Below are positions 1 to 10,142 of a DNA stretch of 64,000 nucleotides, piece after piece. Both the position numbers and the translations under genes were made by a program. The notes under the pieces were generated by a model that was not told the DNA's origin, did not search any database, and saw only the letters and a list, made by a program, of their open reading frames with translations. Positions within the stretch are counted from its first letter, which is position 1, and each line of letters begins with the position of its first letter. The stretch is from Naegleria gruberi (lineage: Eukaryota), in NCBI GenBank assembly GCA_000004985.1, contig GG738852.1. The stretch is one strand, 5' to 3'.

Positions 1-3000
1 ATGAAAGTTAGTGATGAAATTCAACAACAACTTTCTGAACATATTGCCCTCACCCAAACTATCAGCTTCTCTTCATTCAAGAAGCATTTTGAAGCAGATT
101 TAAAGGCATGGGAAAATCAATTATATCTCGTATCTGAAATCTTTGAAGAATGGGCTAATTGTCAAAGAGAATGGATGGCTTTGGAACCAATCTTCTCTGC
201 TGAAGAAATGCAAAACCAATTGCCTCAACTTTATAAGCAATTTAAACAAGTCGATGTCAAATGGAGAAGAATCATGGATGGCGTATTCAGAAATCCAAAT
301 ATCATGTCTTTCTGTACAACTACTGCAAAGTTGTTAAAGACCTTCCAATCAAACAATTCAATCCTTTCTGTTATTCAAAAGGGCTTGAGCAATTATTTAG
401 AAAAGAAGAGACAACAATTTGCCAGATTGTATTTCCTTGCTGATGAAGAATTACTTGAAATTTTGGCCAAGACAAGAGATCCAACAGCTGTTCAAAAGTA
501 TCTTAGTAAGATCTTTGAAGGTATTGGTGAATTGGACTTTGTAGATATTCCTGAGGAAAGAAAACAACAAACGTCTTCTAAAGGACCTGCTCTTGAAATG
601 GTTGCTATGATGTCAAAGGCTGGCGAAAGAGTTGAATTCAAGGAAAGATTGCAACCAACTGGAAGTGTTGAAGTATGGTTAAAGGAAGTTGAAAGAGTTA
701 TGTGTGGAAGTCTTAAAGAAACTGTTTCCAAATCACTTATTGACTATAATCATACTCCAAGAAATGAATGGGTACTTAAATGGCCTGGTCAAGTTGTTAT
801 TTTGGGCAGTCAAGTATATTGGACAAAGGATATTACACAAGCACTTAATTCTGGAGGTAATAAGGGTTTAAGAGGTTATTTGGATGTTGTTAAAGAACAA
901 CTTTTGGGCTTGATTAGAATTGTAAGAACTGATATTTCCAAGCTTGAAAAGACCAATATTGAAGGTTTGATTACTATTGAAGTCCACGCCAGAGATGTAG
1001 TTGAACAAATGTTACAAGAAGGTATTCAAAGTACTCATGACTTTGAATGGGTATCCCAAATGAGATACTATTGGGAACCTAAAGAAACCTATGATGAAAA
1101 TGGACAAATTGTTAAATCTGATGATTTTACATGTTATGTCAGACAAGTTGAAACTCAATTTGAATATGGTTACGAATATTTGGGTAACACATCTCGTTTA
1201 GTCATTACACCTCTTACTGACAGAATTTATTTAACATTAACAGGTGCTTTGCACTTGGGTCTTGGTGGTGCTCCAGCTGGTCCTGCCGGTACTGGTAAAA
1301 CTGAAACTGTTAAGGATCTTGCAAAGGCTTTGGCCAAGAAGTGTGTTGTTTTGAATTGTCAAGAAGGTATGAGAGAAAATTCAATGGCTCAAATTTTCAA
1401 GGGTCTTGTTCAATCTGGTTCTTGGGGCTGTTTCGACGAATTCAATCGTATTGATGTTGAAGTCCTTTCAGTCGTTGCTCAACAACTTTCTACATTGCAA
1501 GAAGCTGCTAGAGCTCGATTGGCAACTTGTCAATTTGATAACACAACCATTAATGTTGATCCTTCATATGCTGTATTTATTACTATGAACCCTGGCTATG
1601 CTGGTCGTACTGAACTTCCAGATAACTTGAAAGCATTGTTTAGACCTGTCGCATGTATGGTTCCTGACTATAGATTAATTGCTGAAATTCGTTTGATTTC
1701 GTTCGGTTTTGAAAATGCTAAACCACTTTCAAACAAGATGGTTCAATCTTTCAAATTGGCCTCTGAACAATTGTCCTCACAAACTCACTACGATTTTGGT
1801 ATGAGAGCTGTCAATACTGTTATTGCTGCTGCTGGTTTACTTAAGAGAAAACATCTCAAGATGAACGAAGAAGTGCTTGTATTGAGAGCATTGAGAGATT
1901 CCAATATTCCAAAGTTCTTGGTGAATGACGTTATTCTTTTCAATGGTATTGTTTCAGATTTGTTCCCTAAGGTTCAAATTGAAGCCACAGACTATGAAAA
2001 GCTCAATGCAGCACTCCTTGAAGCAACTGAACACTTTGGAATCAAACTTACACCTGTTTTCCATGAAAAATGTTTGCAACTTTATGAAACTACTATTTTG
2101 CGTCACGGTGTCATGTTGGTTGGTAATACAGGAGGTGGTAAGACAATGTGCTACAAGACTCTTGCTCACGCCCTCACAACATGTAGTAAGACCAATAAGG
2201 ATGACTTCCATCCTGTTCACTATAGTGTTATCAATCCAAAGTCTGTAACTATGGAACAACTCTATGGTGAGTACGACAAGAATACAAGAGAATGGAGAAA
2301 TGGTGTTTTGGCTGCAGAATTCAGAAAGTTTGGTGAAGACACAACCTTGGACTGTAAATGGTTAATCTTTGATGGACCTGTTGATGCTTTGTGGATTGAA
2401 TCAATGAATACTGTATTGGACGAAAATAAGAAATTGTGTCTTTCAAACGGTTCTATGATTGAAATGTCAGTTCACATGAATATTGTCTTTGAAGTTGAAG
2501 ACTTGGCTGAAGCTTCTCCTGCTACTGTCAGTCGTTGTGGTATGGTCTACTTGGATCCAAAAGCAACTGTTCCACCTATGGTACACGTAGATTGCTGGTT
2601 GAATAAGGTTTCCTCTCTTCTTAAACCATATCATGACCAATTGAGAAAATTATTTGAAATCTTCTTACCTGAGGGTATTGATTTCATTAGATATAACGTG
2701 TTGGAATATATTCCAACTGTTGATAGCAATTTGGCTCATAGTACTTTCAAGATTTTGGATACTTTATTTGTTGAATATGATCCAAGTCTTGGTAGAAAGA
2801 AAAAGAAGTCATTCAACTTTGAAGAAGAGGATAAGGGTAATGAAGCTAAGATGGCTAAACTCAGTTCTTTAATTGAACCATATTTCCTCTTTGCCATTAC
2901 ATGGGGTATTGGTGCTTCATGTGATTATGATGGTAGAAAGAGCTTTGATAAGTTTATGAGAAAGACAATGAAGGAAAATTCTATTACTTCTGTCTATCCA

Positions 3001-6000
3001 GATGAAGGATTAGTCTATGATTACTTCTTTGATTCTGAAGACGTTGTTTGGAAGAATTGGGCTGTTGTTACCCCAGAATTAGAAATTAATAATAATACTC
3101 AATTCAGAGATATGATTGTTCCAACAATTGACACAATGAGAAGTAGTTGGCTTGTTAAGAAGTTGATTCAAAATGATAATCACGTATTGTGTGTTGGTCC
3201 AACTGGTACTGGTAAATCTCAAGTTATTTCCCAAGTATTGTTGAAGGAAATTCCAGAAGAATTTATTCCTCTCGTTATCTTCTTCTCTGCAAGAACTGAA
3301 GCCAATGCTGTTCAAAATATAATTGATGCCAAATTAGATAGAAGAAGACCTGGTGTTTATGGGCCACCACAAGGTAGAAAGTATATTATCTTTATTGACG
3401 ATATTAACATGCCTACCAAGGAACAATATGGTGCTCAACCTCCTATTGAATTGGTAAGACAATGGATGGATCATAGTGGTTGGTATGAATATTCCAACGA
3501 AAGATTACCATTCAGAATGGTTGAAAATCTTACATATATTGCTGCTTGCGGTCCTCCTGGAGGTGGTAGAAACACTGTTACTAACAGATTGATGAGACAC
3601 TTTACCTTTATTTCATTCCCTGAAATGCAACATGACAGCTTGAGTAAGATCTTCTCAACAATCCTTAACAAGTCATATATTGAACCAAACACAAGTATCA
3701 AAGACTTTATGACTCAAGAAATTTCTACCAAATTTGTTGATTCAAGTATTGAGCTCTTTAATATTATTAGAAAGGAAATGCTTCCAACTCCATCTAGATC
3801 TCACTATACATTCAACTTGAGAGATTTATCAAAGGTATTCCAAGGTATCCTTCAAGCCAATCCAAAGAAGATTCTTAATATGACTGATATTCTCAAGTTA
3901 TGGACTCACGAAAGTTCAAGAGTGTTTAAGGATCGTTTGGTAGATAATCCAGACAGAAGAAAGTTTGAAGAAATTCAAGAACAATTATTGACCAAATTCT
4001 TCCCTGAAGCTGATGCTAATACCATTGTTCATCAAAGATTAATTTATTCTGATATTTTGAGTCATGGTAATGAAGTTAGAACATATGACCAAGTATCTGA
4101 CCATATTGAATTGCTTAGAATTGTTAATGAGCAATTGGGTGAATACAACATTAACAATAACGAAAAGAAGATGGACTTGGTTATGTTCTTGGATGCCATT
4201 GAACATGTATGTAAGATTGGAAGAATTATTAGACAACCAGGTGGTAATGCTTTATTACTTGGTGTTGGTGGTAGTGGTAGACAAAGTTTAACAAAACTTG
4301 CCTGCTTTATTGCTTCATACGATATGATGCAACTTGAAATTAGAAAATCCTTCTCACTGAAGGATTGGAAGGAATTCCTTAAGGTTCTTTTGCTGAACGC
4401 TGGTAAAAAGAATGGAAAGGGTGAAAATACTGTTTTCTTATTGGCAGATACTCAAATTATCTACGAATCATTCCTTGAAGATATCAACAACTTATTGAAC
4501 AGTGGTGAAGTTCCAAATCTATTTGAAGCTCAAGATTTTGATGAAATTTACACTGCTATGAAGCCAATTTGTGCCATTGAAAAGCTTCCTGCAACGCCAT
4601 TATCTTGGTATAATAGGTTTATCAAGTGTGTTCAAGATAACTTGCACATTGTTTTGGCTATGAGTCCAATTGGTGAGACCTTCAGAAGCAGACTCAGAAT
4701 GTTCCCTTCATTGGTAAATTGCTGTACAATCGATTGGTTCAGTGAATGGCCAAAGGATGCTTTATTGAGTGTTGCAAACGAAAAGTTATCAAACTTGAGA
4801 ATGATTTCAGTTGAGCATGACTCTCAAATTGAGGAGACTAGAGAAGCAGAGGAAGATTTGAAAGAAAGAGTTAATCAAATGTTTGTCTACATCCATCAAT
4901 CTGTTGAAAAAGCATCCGTCGATTACTTGAGACACGCAGGTAGAACCAACTATGTCACTCCAACTAGTTATCTTGAACTTTTGAACTCATTCAATAGTGT
5001 TCTTGATGTGAACAGAAAGAATTTGGAAAAGGAGAAGAGAACATTACAAATTGGTTTGAAGATTTTGAGAGAAACCGAAGAATATGTTCACAAACTCCAA
5101 GAAGACTTGAAGATCAAGAGACCTCAATTGGATCACACAAGAACTGAAATTGATAAGAACATGATTACTTTGAATAAGGAAAGAGAAGAAGCTCAAAAGA
5201 CTCAAGAAATTGTTCAAATAGAAAATGCTGAGGCTAACAAGATTGAAACTGAAGCTAAGGGTATGAAGCAATCTGCTGAAGAAGAATTGAGTCAGGTCGA
5301 ACCATTGTTGGAAAAGGCCGTAGAAACAGTTAAGAACATCAAAGTCAACCAAATTCGTGAAGTTGCTAACTATAAGGTTCCTCCATCTGGTGCTCTTAAA
5401 GTTTTGGAAGCTGTCTTGATCATGTTTGGTGAAACCAACGGTGTTAAGAGAGTTAAGGATGGTGTTACTGTTTACGATTGGTGGGAAACTGCCAAGACTT
5501 ATCTTAACAATGCGCCAAAACTTAAGGACGATATGATTGGTTATGATAAGGAAAATATTCAAGAAAGTATTATTAGAAGAATTACCAAATATTACAACGA
5601 TCCTGAATTCCAAGTCAACAGAGTTAAGGAAGTTTCATTGGCCTTGGTTGCTATGTGTCAATGGGTCAGAGCCATGTATGATTTTTATTGGGTTAATAAG
5701 GAAGTTGAACCAAAGAGAGAAAAGGCAAGAGGTGCCGAAGCACAATGGGCTATTGCTAGACAAAAGGCCGATGAATCCCAAAGAAAATTGGCTGAAGTCA
5801 TGAGACAACTTCAAGAATTGGAAGATGCAAACAATAGAGCATTGAAAGAAAAGGAAGAATTAGAAACCATGATTGATATTTGTGAAAAGAAACTTGAAAG
5901 AGCTTCCAAATTGCTTAACGGACTTTCAGATGAAAAAGTCAGATGGCAAGAAATGCTTGAAACTTACGAAAGACAGCAGTCCGATATGCTTGGTAACATG

Positions 6001-9000
6001 ATTGTCAATGCTGGTACTGTTGCTTACTTGGGTGCTTTCACCAAACCATTCAGAGAACGTTTGATAGCTGAATGGCGTAATGAACTTTCAAGACATGTCA
6101 TTCCTTACACTGAAAATACTGATGTCTATACATCATTGGGTGATCCTATTACCATTAGAATTTGGAATCAATTTGGTTTACCATCAGACAATCTCTCTAT
6201 TGAAAATGCTATCATTATGAACAATTCTAGAAGATGGCCTCTCATGATTGACCCTCAATTACAAGCATCACAATGGATTAAGAATATGGAGAAAGACAAG
6301 AGCTTAAAGGTACTAAGTGCTACAAAGAAGGACTATATGGGAGAATTGATTAGAGCAGTTCAATTCGGTAATCCAGTATTGATTGAAAATATTGGTGAAG
6401 ATTTAGATCCAGCACTTGAACCAATCTTGCTCAAACAAACCTTTGTTCAAAATGGTTCTAACTATATCAAGATTGGTGAAGAGTCTGTTCCATATAGTAA
6501 TGATTTCAGATTGTATTTGTGCACAAAGTTCAGAAATCCAAGATATACACCAGAAACCTGTGTTAAGGTTACATTGTTGAACTTTTTCATTACGCCACTT
6601 GGTTTGGAAGATCAATTATTGGCAGAAGTTGTTAAAATGGAAAAGCCTGAATTACAAAGACTTAAGAATGACTTGATGCAAAAGAACTCCAAGATGAGAA
6701 AAGATTTGAAAGAACTTCAAGCTAACATTCTTAGAATGCTTTCTGAAAATACTGGTGACATTCTTGAAAATGAAAAACTTATTAATGCTTTGGGCGAATC
6801 AAAGGTTGCCAGTAAGGACATTCAAGAAAAGGTCGAAGAAGCAGAAACAACAGAAAGAGAAATCGACGTTACTCGTAACAAGTATAGACCTGTTGCAGAA
6901 AGAGGTTCATTGCTCTTCTTCTGTGCTTCAGATATGACAAATGTTGATCCTATGTATCAATATTCTTTGCAATGGTTCATTCATCTTTACAAATCTGTTA
7001 TTGAAACAAGTGAGCAAAATGATGACTTGGAAATTCGTATGAAGACTCTTATTTATAATCACACATTATCATTGTATAACAACGTTTGTCAATCCTTGTT
7101 TGAAAAGGACAAATTACTCTTCTCCTTTGTACTTTGTATTAGAATTATGCAAGGAAGAAATGAAATTGACGAACATGAATGGAGACATTTCCTCACTGGC
7201 GGTATTAAGACAGAAGAAGATGAAAAACAAATTGCTAGAAAGCCACAATCTAGTACATGGTTAACTGATAATTGCTGGAGTGAAATTGTATTGCTTAACA
7301 AGTTACCAACATTTAAGGGATTCTTAGATTCATTCATTCAACATGCTGGAGACTTTAAGACATTCTTTGAAGATCCAAAGCCAAATATTTTACCAATTCC
7401 AGGTGGATGGGATCCTAAACTCACCGAATTCCAAAAGATTATGGCACTTAAGGTCATTAGACCTGACAAGGTTATAGAAAGTATTCAAACCTTTGTCGAA
7501 GCCAAGTTAGATAAGAATTTCATTACACCACCTCGTTTCGATTTGAGTCGTTCATTCAAGGATTCAAATTGTGTAACTCCACTCATTTTCATCTTATCTC
7601 AAGGTGCTGATCCTAAATCAGAACTCAACAAGTTTGCTGAGCAAATGAGAGTTAGGCAATTGCTTAGTGTTTCTTTGGGTAGTGGTACTGAAAATGCAGC
7701 TAAACAAGCTGTTAAGGATGCTTTACAAAATGGAAGTTGGGTTATTCTTCAAAATTGTCACTTGGCTCTTGGTTTCATGCCAATGCTTGAACAAATTGTA
7801 GAAGGATTCTCTCTTGAACAAAATCATGCCGACTTTAGATTGTGGTTAACAAGTATGCCAACTCCTAAATTCCCTACATCTGTTCTTCAAAATTCTGTAA
7901 AGATGACATTAGAACCTCCAAAAGGTTTGTCAACCAACTTGAAAGGCTCATTCGATAACTATGATGATACATTTATGGAACATTCATCCAAGCCAGTTGA
8001 ATTTAAGAAACTCTTATTCAGTTTAACATTCTTCCATGCAGTTATTCAAGAACGTAGAAAGTTTGGTCCACTTGGTTGGAACATTTTCTATGAATTCACT
8101 GCAGGTGACTTGGATGTTTGTATTAAGCAATTGAGAATTTTCCTTGAAAAGTATGAAGAAATTCCTTACAAGGTTATCAAATTCTTAACAGGCCAAATTA
8201 ACTATGGTGGTCGTGTAACTGATGACTGGGATAGAAGAAACCTCATGACAATGATTGAAGATTATATCACTCCTAATACTCTTAGGGATGATTATAAATT
8301 CTCTCCAAACTTGGATGAATACGTATCTATCAAGGCAGGTGATTCCAATGAATATAAGGAATATTTGGAATCTTTACCTAATGTTGCTCACCCAGAAATA
8401 TTCGGTTTGCATGAAAATGCTGAAATTACATATAATACCGCTGAATTGTCCAATATTACTGATACAATTGTTGCATTGGAAGGAAGTGGAGGTAAAGCAT
8501 CTGATGATAAGGATATTGTTGTTGGAAATATTGCCAATGATATCCTTGGTAAGCTTCCTCAAGCATATGACCAAGAATTGGTTGGTAAGAAATATCAAAC
8601 TGATTATAATGAAAGCATGAATACTGTCATTACACAAGAAGTAACAAGATATAACAAACTCTTGAAAGAAGTTAGATCCTCATTAGAAAATATTCTCAAA
8701 GCATTGAAGGGTCAAGTAGTTATGTCTGCACAACTTGAAAGCATTGCCAACTCTTTGTATAATAACTATGTTCCTGATGTTTGGGGCAAAGCTTATCCTT
8801 CTATCATGCCTTTGTCTGAATGGGTTCTTGATTTCCTTAGACGTCTTGAATTTATTAGAGATTGGATTGATAACGGAATTCCAAATGTATTTTGGATCAA
8901 TGGATTCTTCTTCCCTCAAGGTTTCTTGACTGGTCAATTACAAAATTATGCCAGAAAACATCAAGTTGCTATTGATCAAGTTTCCTTCACTTTCAAGATT

Positions 9001-9372
9001 TTGAATAAGGCAGAAGAAGAACAAGCCAAGACAAAGAAACCAGAAGATGGTTGCTACCTCAAAGGTCTCTATATGGAAGGTGCCAGATGGGACAGAGAAA
9101 ATGAATGTGTTACTGAATCTAATCCAAAGGAATTATACTCTGAAATGCCAATTATTTGGTTCAAACCAGTGGCAAACAAGCAACCTGCAAAGGGATGTTA
9201 TGAATGTCCTGTTTACAAGACTTTGAGAAGAGCAGGTACTTTGAGTACAACTGGTCACTCTACCAACTATATTCTTGCAATGGATTTACCATCAAAGATG
9301 CCTCCAGAACATTGGATTAAGAGAGGTGTTGCCTTGATTTGTGCCCTCAAATACGTTACATCAGAATTGTAA
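1..9372 (+). CDS. Dynein heavy chain, C-terminal about 3123 aa (motor domain), 5' partial because the ORF is open at the window start
   Basis: Single uninterrupted ORF ending TAA at 9370-9372. Four Walker-A P-loops at the expected spacing: GPAGTGKT (nt 1279-1302, AAA1), GNTGGGKT (about 2122-2145, AAA2), GPTGTGKS (3196-3219, AAA3), GVGGSGRQS (4261-4287, AAA4). A long heptad-rich stalk region (about 5040-6000) is followed by AAA5/AAA6 and a C-terminal domain. Spacing after AAA1 (about 2700 aa) fits a full-length dynein heavy chain. Axonemal versus cytoplasmic cannot be settled from sequence alone; CEP76 in the same window favours a ciliated organism. Confidence 0.9.
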   Translation: MKVSDEIQQQLSEHIALTQTISFSSFKKHFEADLKAWENQLYLVSEIFEEWANCQREWMALEPIFSAEEMQNQLPQLYKQFKQVDVKWRRIMDGVFRNPNIMSFCTTTAKLLKTFQSNNSILSVIQKGLSNYLEKKRQQFARLYFLADEELLEILAKTRDPTAVQKYLSKIFEGIGELDFVDIPEERKQQTSSKGPALEMVAMMSKAGERVEFKERLQPTGSVEVWLKEVERVMCGSLKETVSKSLIDYNHTPRNEWVLKWPGQVVILGSQVYWTKDITQALNSGGNKGLRGYLDVVKEQLLGLIRIVRTDISKLEKTNIEGLITIEVHARDVVEQMLQEGIQSTHDFEWVSQMRYYWEPKETYDENGQIVKSDDFTCYVRQVETQFEYGYEYLGNTSRLVITPLTDRIYLTLTGALHLGLGGAPAGPAGTGKTETVKDLAKALAKKCVVLNCQEGMRENSMAQIFKGLVQSGSWGCFDEFNRIDVEVLSVVAQQLSTLQEAARARLATCQFDNTTINVDPSYAVFITMNPGYAGRTELPDNLKALFRPVACMVPDYRLIAEIRLISFGFENAKPLSNKMVQSFKLASEQLSSQTHYDFGMRAVNTVIAAAGLLKRKHLKMNEEVLVLRALRDSNIPKFLVNDVILFNGIVSDLFPKVQIEATDYEKLNAALLEATEHFGIKLTPVFHEKCLQLYETTILRHGVMLVGNTGGGKTMCYKTLAHALTTCSKTNKDDFHPVHYSVINPKSVTMEQLYGEYDKNTREWRNGVLAAEFRKFGEDTTLDCKWLIFDGPVDALWIESMNTVLDENKKLCLSNGSMIEMSVHMNIVFEVEDLAEASPATVSRCGMVYLDPKATVPPMVHVDCWLNKVSSLLKPYHDQLRKLFEIFLPEGIDFIRYNVLEYIPTVDSNLAHSTFKILDTLFVEYDPSLGRKKKKSFNFEEEDKGNEAKMAKLSSLIEPYFLFAITWGIGASCDYDGRKSFDKFMRKTMKENSITSVYPDEGLVYDYFFDSEDVVWKNWAVVTPELEINNNTQFRDMIVPTIDTMRSSWLVKKLIQNDNHVLCVGPTGTGKSQVISQVLLKEIPEEFIPLVIFFSARTEANAVQNIIDAKLDRRRPGVYGPPQGRKYIIFIDDINMPTKEQYGAQPPIELVRQWMDHSGWYEYSNERLPFRMVENLTYIAACGPPGGGRNTVTNRLMRHFTFISFPEMQHDSLSKIFSTILNKSYIEPNTSIKDFMTQEISTKFVDSSIELFNIIRKEMLPTPSRSHYTFNLRDLSKVFQGILQANPKKILNMTDILKLWTHESSRVFKDRLVDNPDRRKFEEIQEQLLTKFFPEADANTIVHQRLIYSDILSHGNEVRTYDQVSDHIELLRIVNEQLGEYNINNNEKKMDLVMFLDAIEHVCKIGRIIRQPGGNALLLGVGGSGRQSLTKLACFIASYDMMQLEIRKSFSLKDWKEFLKVLLLNAGKKNGKGENTVFLLADTQIIYESFLEDINNLLNSGEVPNLFEAQDFDEIYTAMKPICAIEKLPATPLSWYNRFIKCVQDNLHIVLAMSPIGETFRSRLRMFPSLVNCCTIDWFSEWPKDALLSVANEKLSNLRMISVEHDSQIEETREAEEDLKERVNQMFVYIHQSVEKASVDYLRHAGRTNYVTPTSYLELLNSFNSVLDVNRKNLEKEKRTLQIGLKILRETEEYVHKLQEDLKIKRPQLDHTRTEIDKNMITLNKEREEAQKTQEIVQIENAEANKIETEAKGMKQSAEEELSQVEPLLEKAVETVKNIKVNQIREVANYKVPPSGALKVLEAVLIMFGETNGVKRVKDGVTVYDWWETAKTYLNNAPKLKDDMIGYDKENIQESIIRRITKYYNDPEFQVNRVKEVSLALVAMCQWVRAMYDFYWVNKEVEPKREKARGAEAQWAIARQKADESQRKLAEVMRQLQELEDANNRALKEKEELETMIDICEKKLERASKLLNGLSDEKVRWQEMLETYERQQSDMLGNMIVNAGTVAYLGAFTKPFRERLIAEWRNELSRHVIPYTENTDVYTSLGDPITIRIWNQFGLPSDNLSIENAIIMNNSRRWPLMIDPQLQASQWIKNMEKDKSLKVLSATKKDYMGELIRAVQFGNPVLIENIGEDLDPALEPILLKQTFVQNGSNYIKIGEESVPYSNDFRLYLCTKFRNPRYTPETCVKVTLLNFFITPLGLEDQLLAEVVKMEKPELQRLKNDLMQKNSKMRKDLKELQANILRMLSENTGDILENEKLINALGESKVASKDIQEKVEEAETTEREIDVTRNKYRPVAERGSLLFFCASDMTNVDPMYQYSLQWFIHLYKSVIETSEQNDDLEIRMKTLIYNHTLSLYNNVCQSLFEKDKLLFSFVLCIRIMQGRNEIDEHEWRHFLTGGIKTEEDEKQIARKPQSSTWLTDNCWSEIVLLNKLPTFKGFLDSFIQHAGDFKTFFEDPKPNILPIPGGWDPKLTEFQKIMALKVIRPDKVIESIQTFVEAKLDKNFITPPRFDLSRSFKDSNCVTPLIFILSQGADPKSELNKFAEQMRVRQLLSVSLGSGTENAAKQAVKDALQNGSWVILQNCHLALGFMPMLEQIVEGFSLEQNHADFRLWLTSMPTPKFPTSVLQNSVKMTLEPPKGLSTNLKGSFDNYDDTFMEHSSKPVEFKKLLFSLTFFHAVIQERRKFGPLGWNIFYEFTAGDLDVCIKQLRIFLEKYEEIPYKVIKFLTGQINYGGRVTDDWDRRNLMTMIEDYITPNTLRDDYKFSPNLDEYVSIKAGDSNEYKEYLESLPNVAHPEIFGLHENAEITYNTAELSNITDTIVALEGSGGKASDDKDIVVGNIANDILGKLPQAYDQELVGKKYQTDYNESMNTVITQEVTRYNKLLKEVRSSLENILKALKGQVVMSAQLESIANSLYNNYVPDVWGKAYPSIMPLSEWVLDFLRRLEFIRDWIDNGIPNVFWINGFFFPQGFLTGQLQNYARKHQVAIDQVSFTFKILNKAEEEQAKTKKPEDGCYLKGLYMEGARWDRENECVTESNPKELYSEMPIIWFKPVANKQPAKGCYECPVYKTLRRAGTLSTTGHSTNYILAMDLPSKMPPEHWIKRGVALICALKYVTSEL

Positions 9373-9410
9373 ATAAATTGTATTATTTAATTATTTGAAT
9401 GTTATTTATT

Positions 9411-9821
9411 CTATTCGTTTGAATCCAAATATAATTTACAGAGAGCTGCCAAAATCCAATCTGCAGATTCTTTCTTTTGAATTACTCTTTTGCTTACACG
9501 TTTTTCCAAATATTCCTCTTGCTTCTTGAGAGTTTCATCCATTCGGGTACTCAATTCTTTCATTCTCTGCTCTATCTCGTCACAAAAATCAGGATTTAAT
9601 TGAATGGATTGAAGCGAATGAGTAGAATCTTCATTGGTTGCATCTTTAAGTATTATTTTGTTAGGGAAATATCTTGTATCTGTGGTCAATTTTCTCTTTT
9701 TTGATGAAGGACTATTCACATGTTCGGAAAGAAGATAATTATTAAGGAGAACTAGATGATCCAAATCAGAGTTGGATTTACCGTCTTTCATACAATTGTT
9801 GGTTCTTCTCTTTGTATTCAT
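9411..9821 (-). CDS. Hypothetical protein, 136 aa, convergent with the dynein 3' end
   Basis: ATG-initiated ORF (reverse complement of cat at 9819-9821), basic/charged and lysine-rich. It lies 39 nt beyond the dynein stop. No recognisable domain. Confidence 0.35.
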   Translation of the reverse strand: MNTKRRTNNCMKDGKSNSDLDHLVLLNNYLLSEHVNSPSSKKRKLTTDTRYFPNKIILKDATNEDSTHSLQSIQLNPDFCDEIEQRMKELSTRMDETLKKQEEYLEKRVSKRVIQKKESADWILAALCKLYLDSNE

Positions 9822-10142
9822 ATTGATTATTTTGTTAATTGAATGATATTGACAACATCATTCACTGATTGTTTAAATAATTAACAAGCCATGATGGATA
9901 CATCCTGTGGGTTTGATGCAATTGCTGTGGTGAATAACGATACATGATGTGAAGCCAATTTTCTTGTCGCTCTGAAAAGGTACACTACAATATTTTTCTA
10001 GCTACTTTCTTATTAAACGACTTGAGGGAAGTGCTTATTTTCAACAACAAATGAGCCGTACTGTTGTCGTTTAGTGGGATGAAATATTGTGGTGCTTAAT
10101 ATTCCTTACCAAGTAAGTCAAATTGATAGTAGTTATTTATTT

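Noticed and set aside
143-8937. About twenty 60-190-aa ORFs on both strands nested inside the dynein heavy chain ORF (e.g. 143..337, 492..731, 5044..5613, 8255..8620)
   Set aside because: They lie in alternative frames of a 9.4-kb conserved ORF, have low complexity and no motifs. Treated as frame noise in AT-rich DNA.
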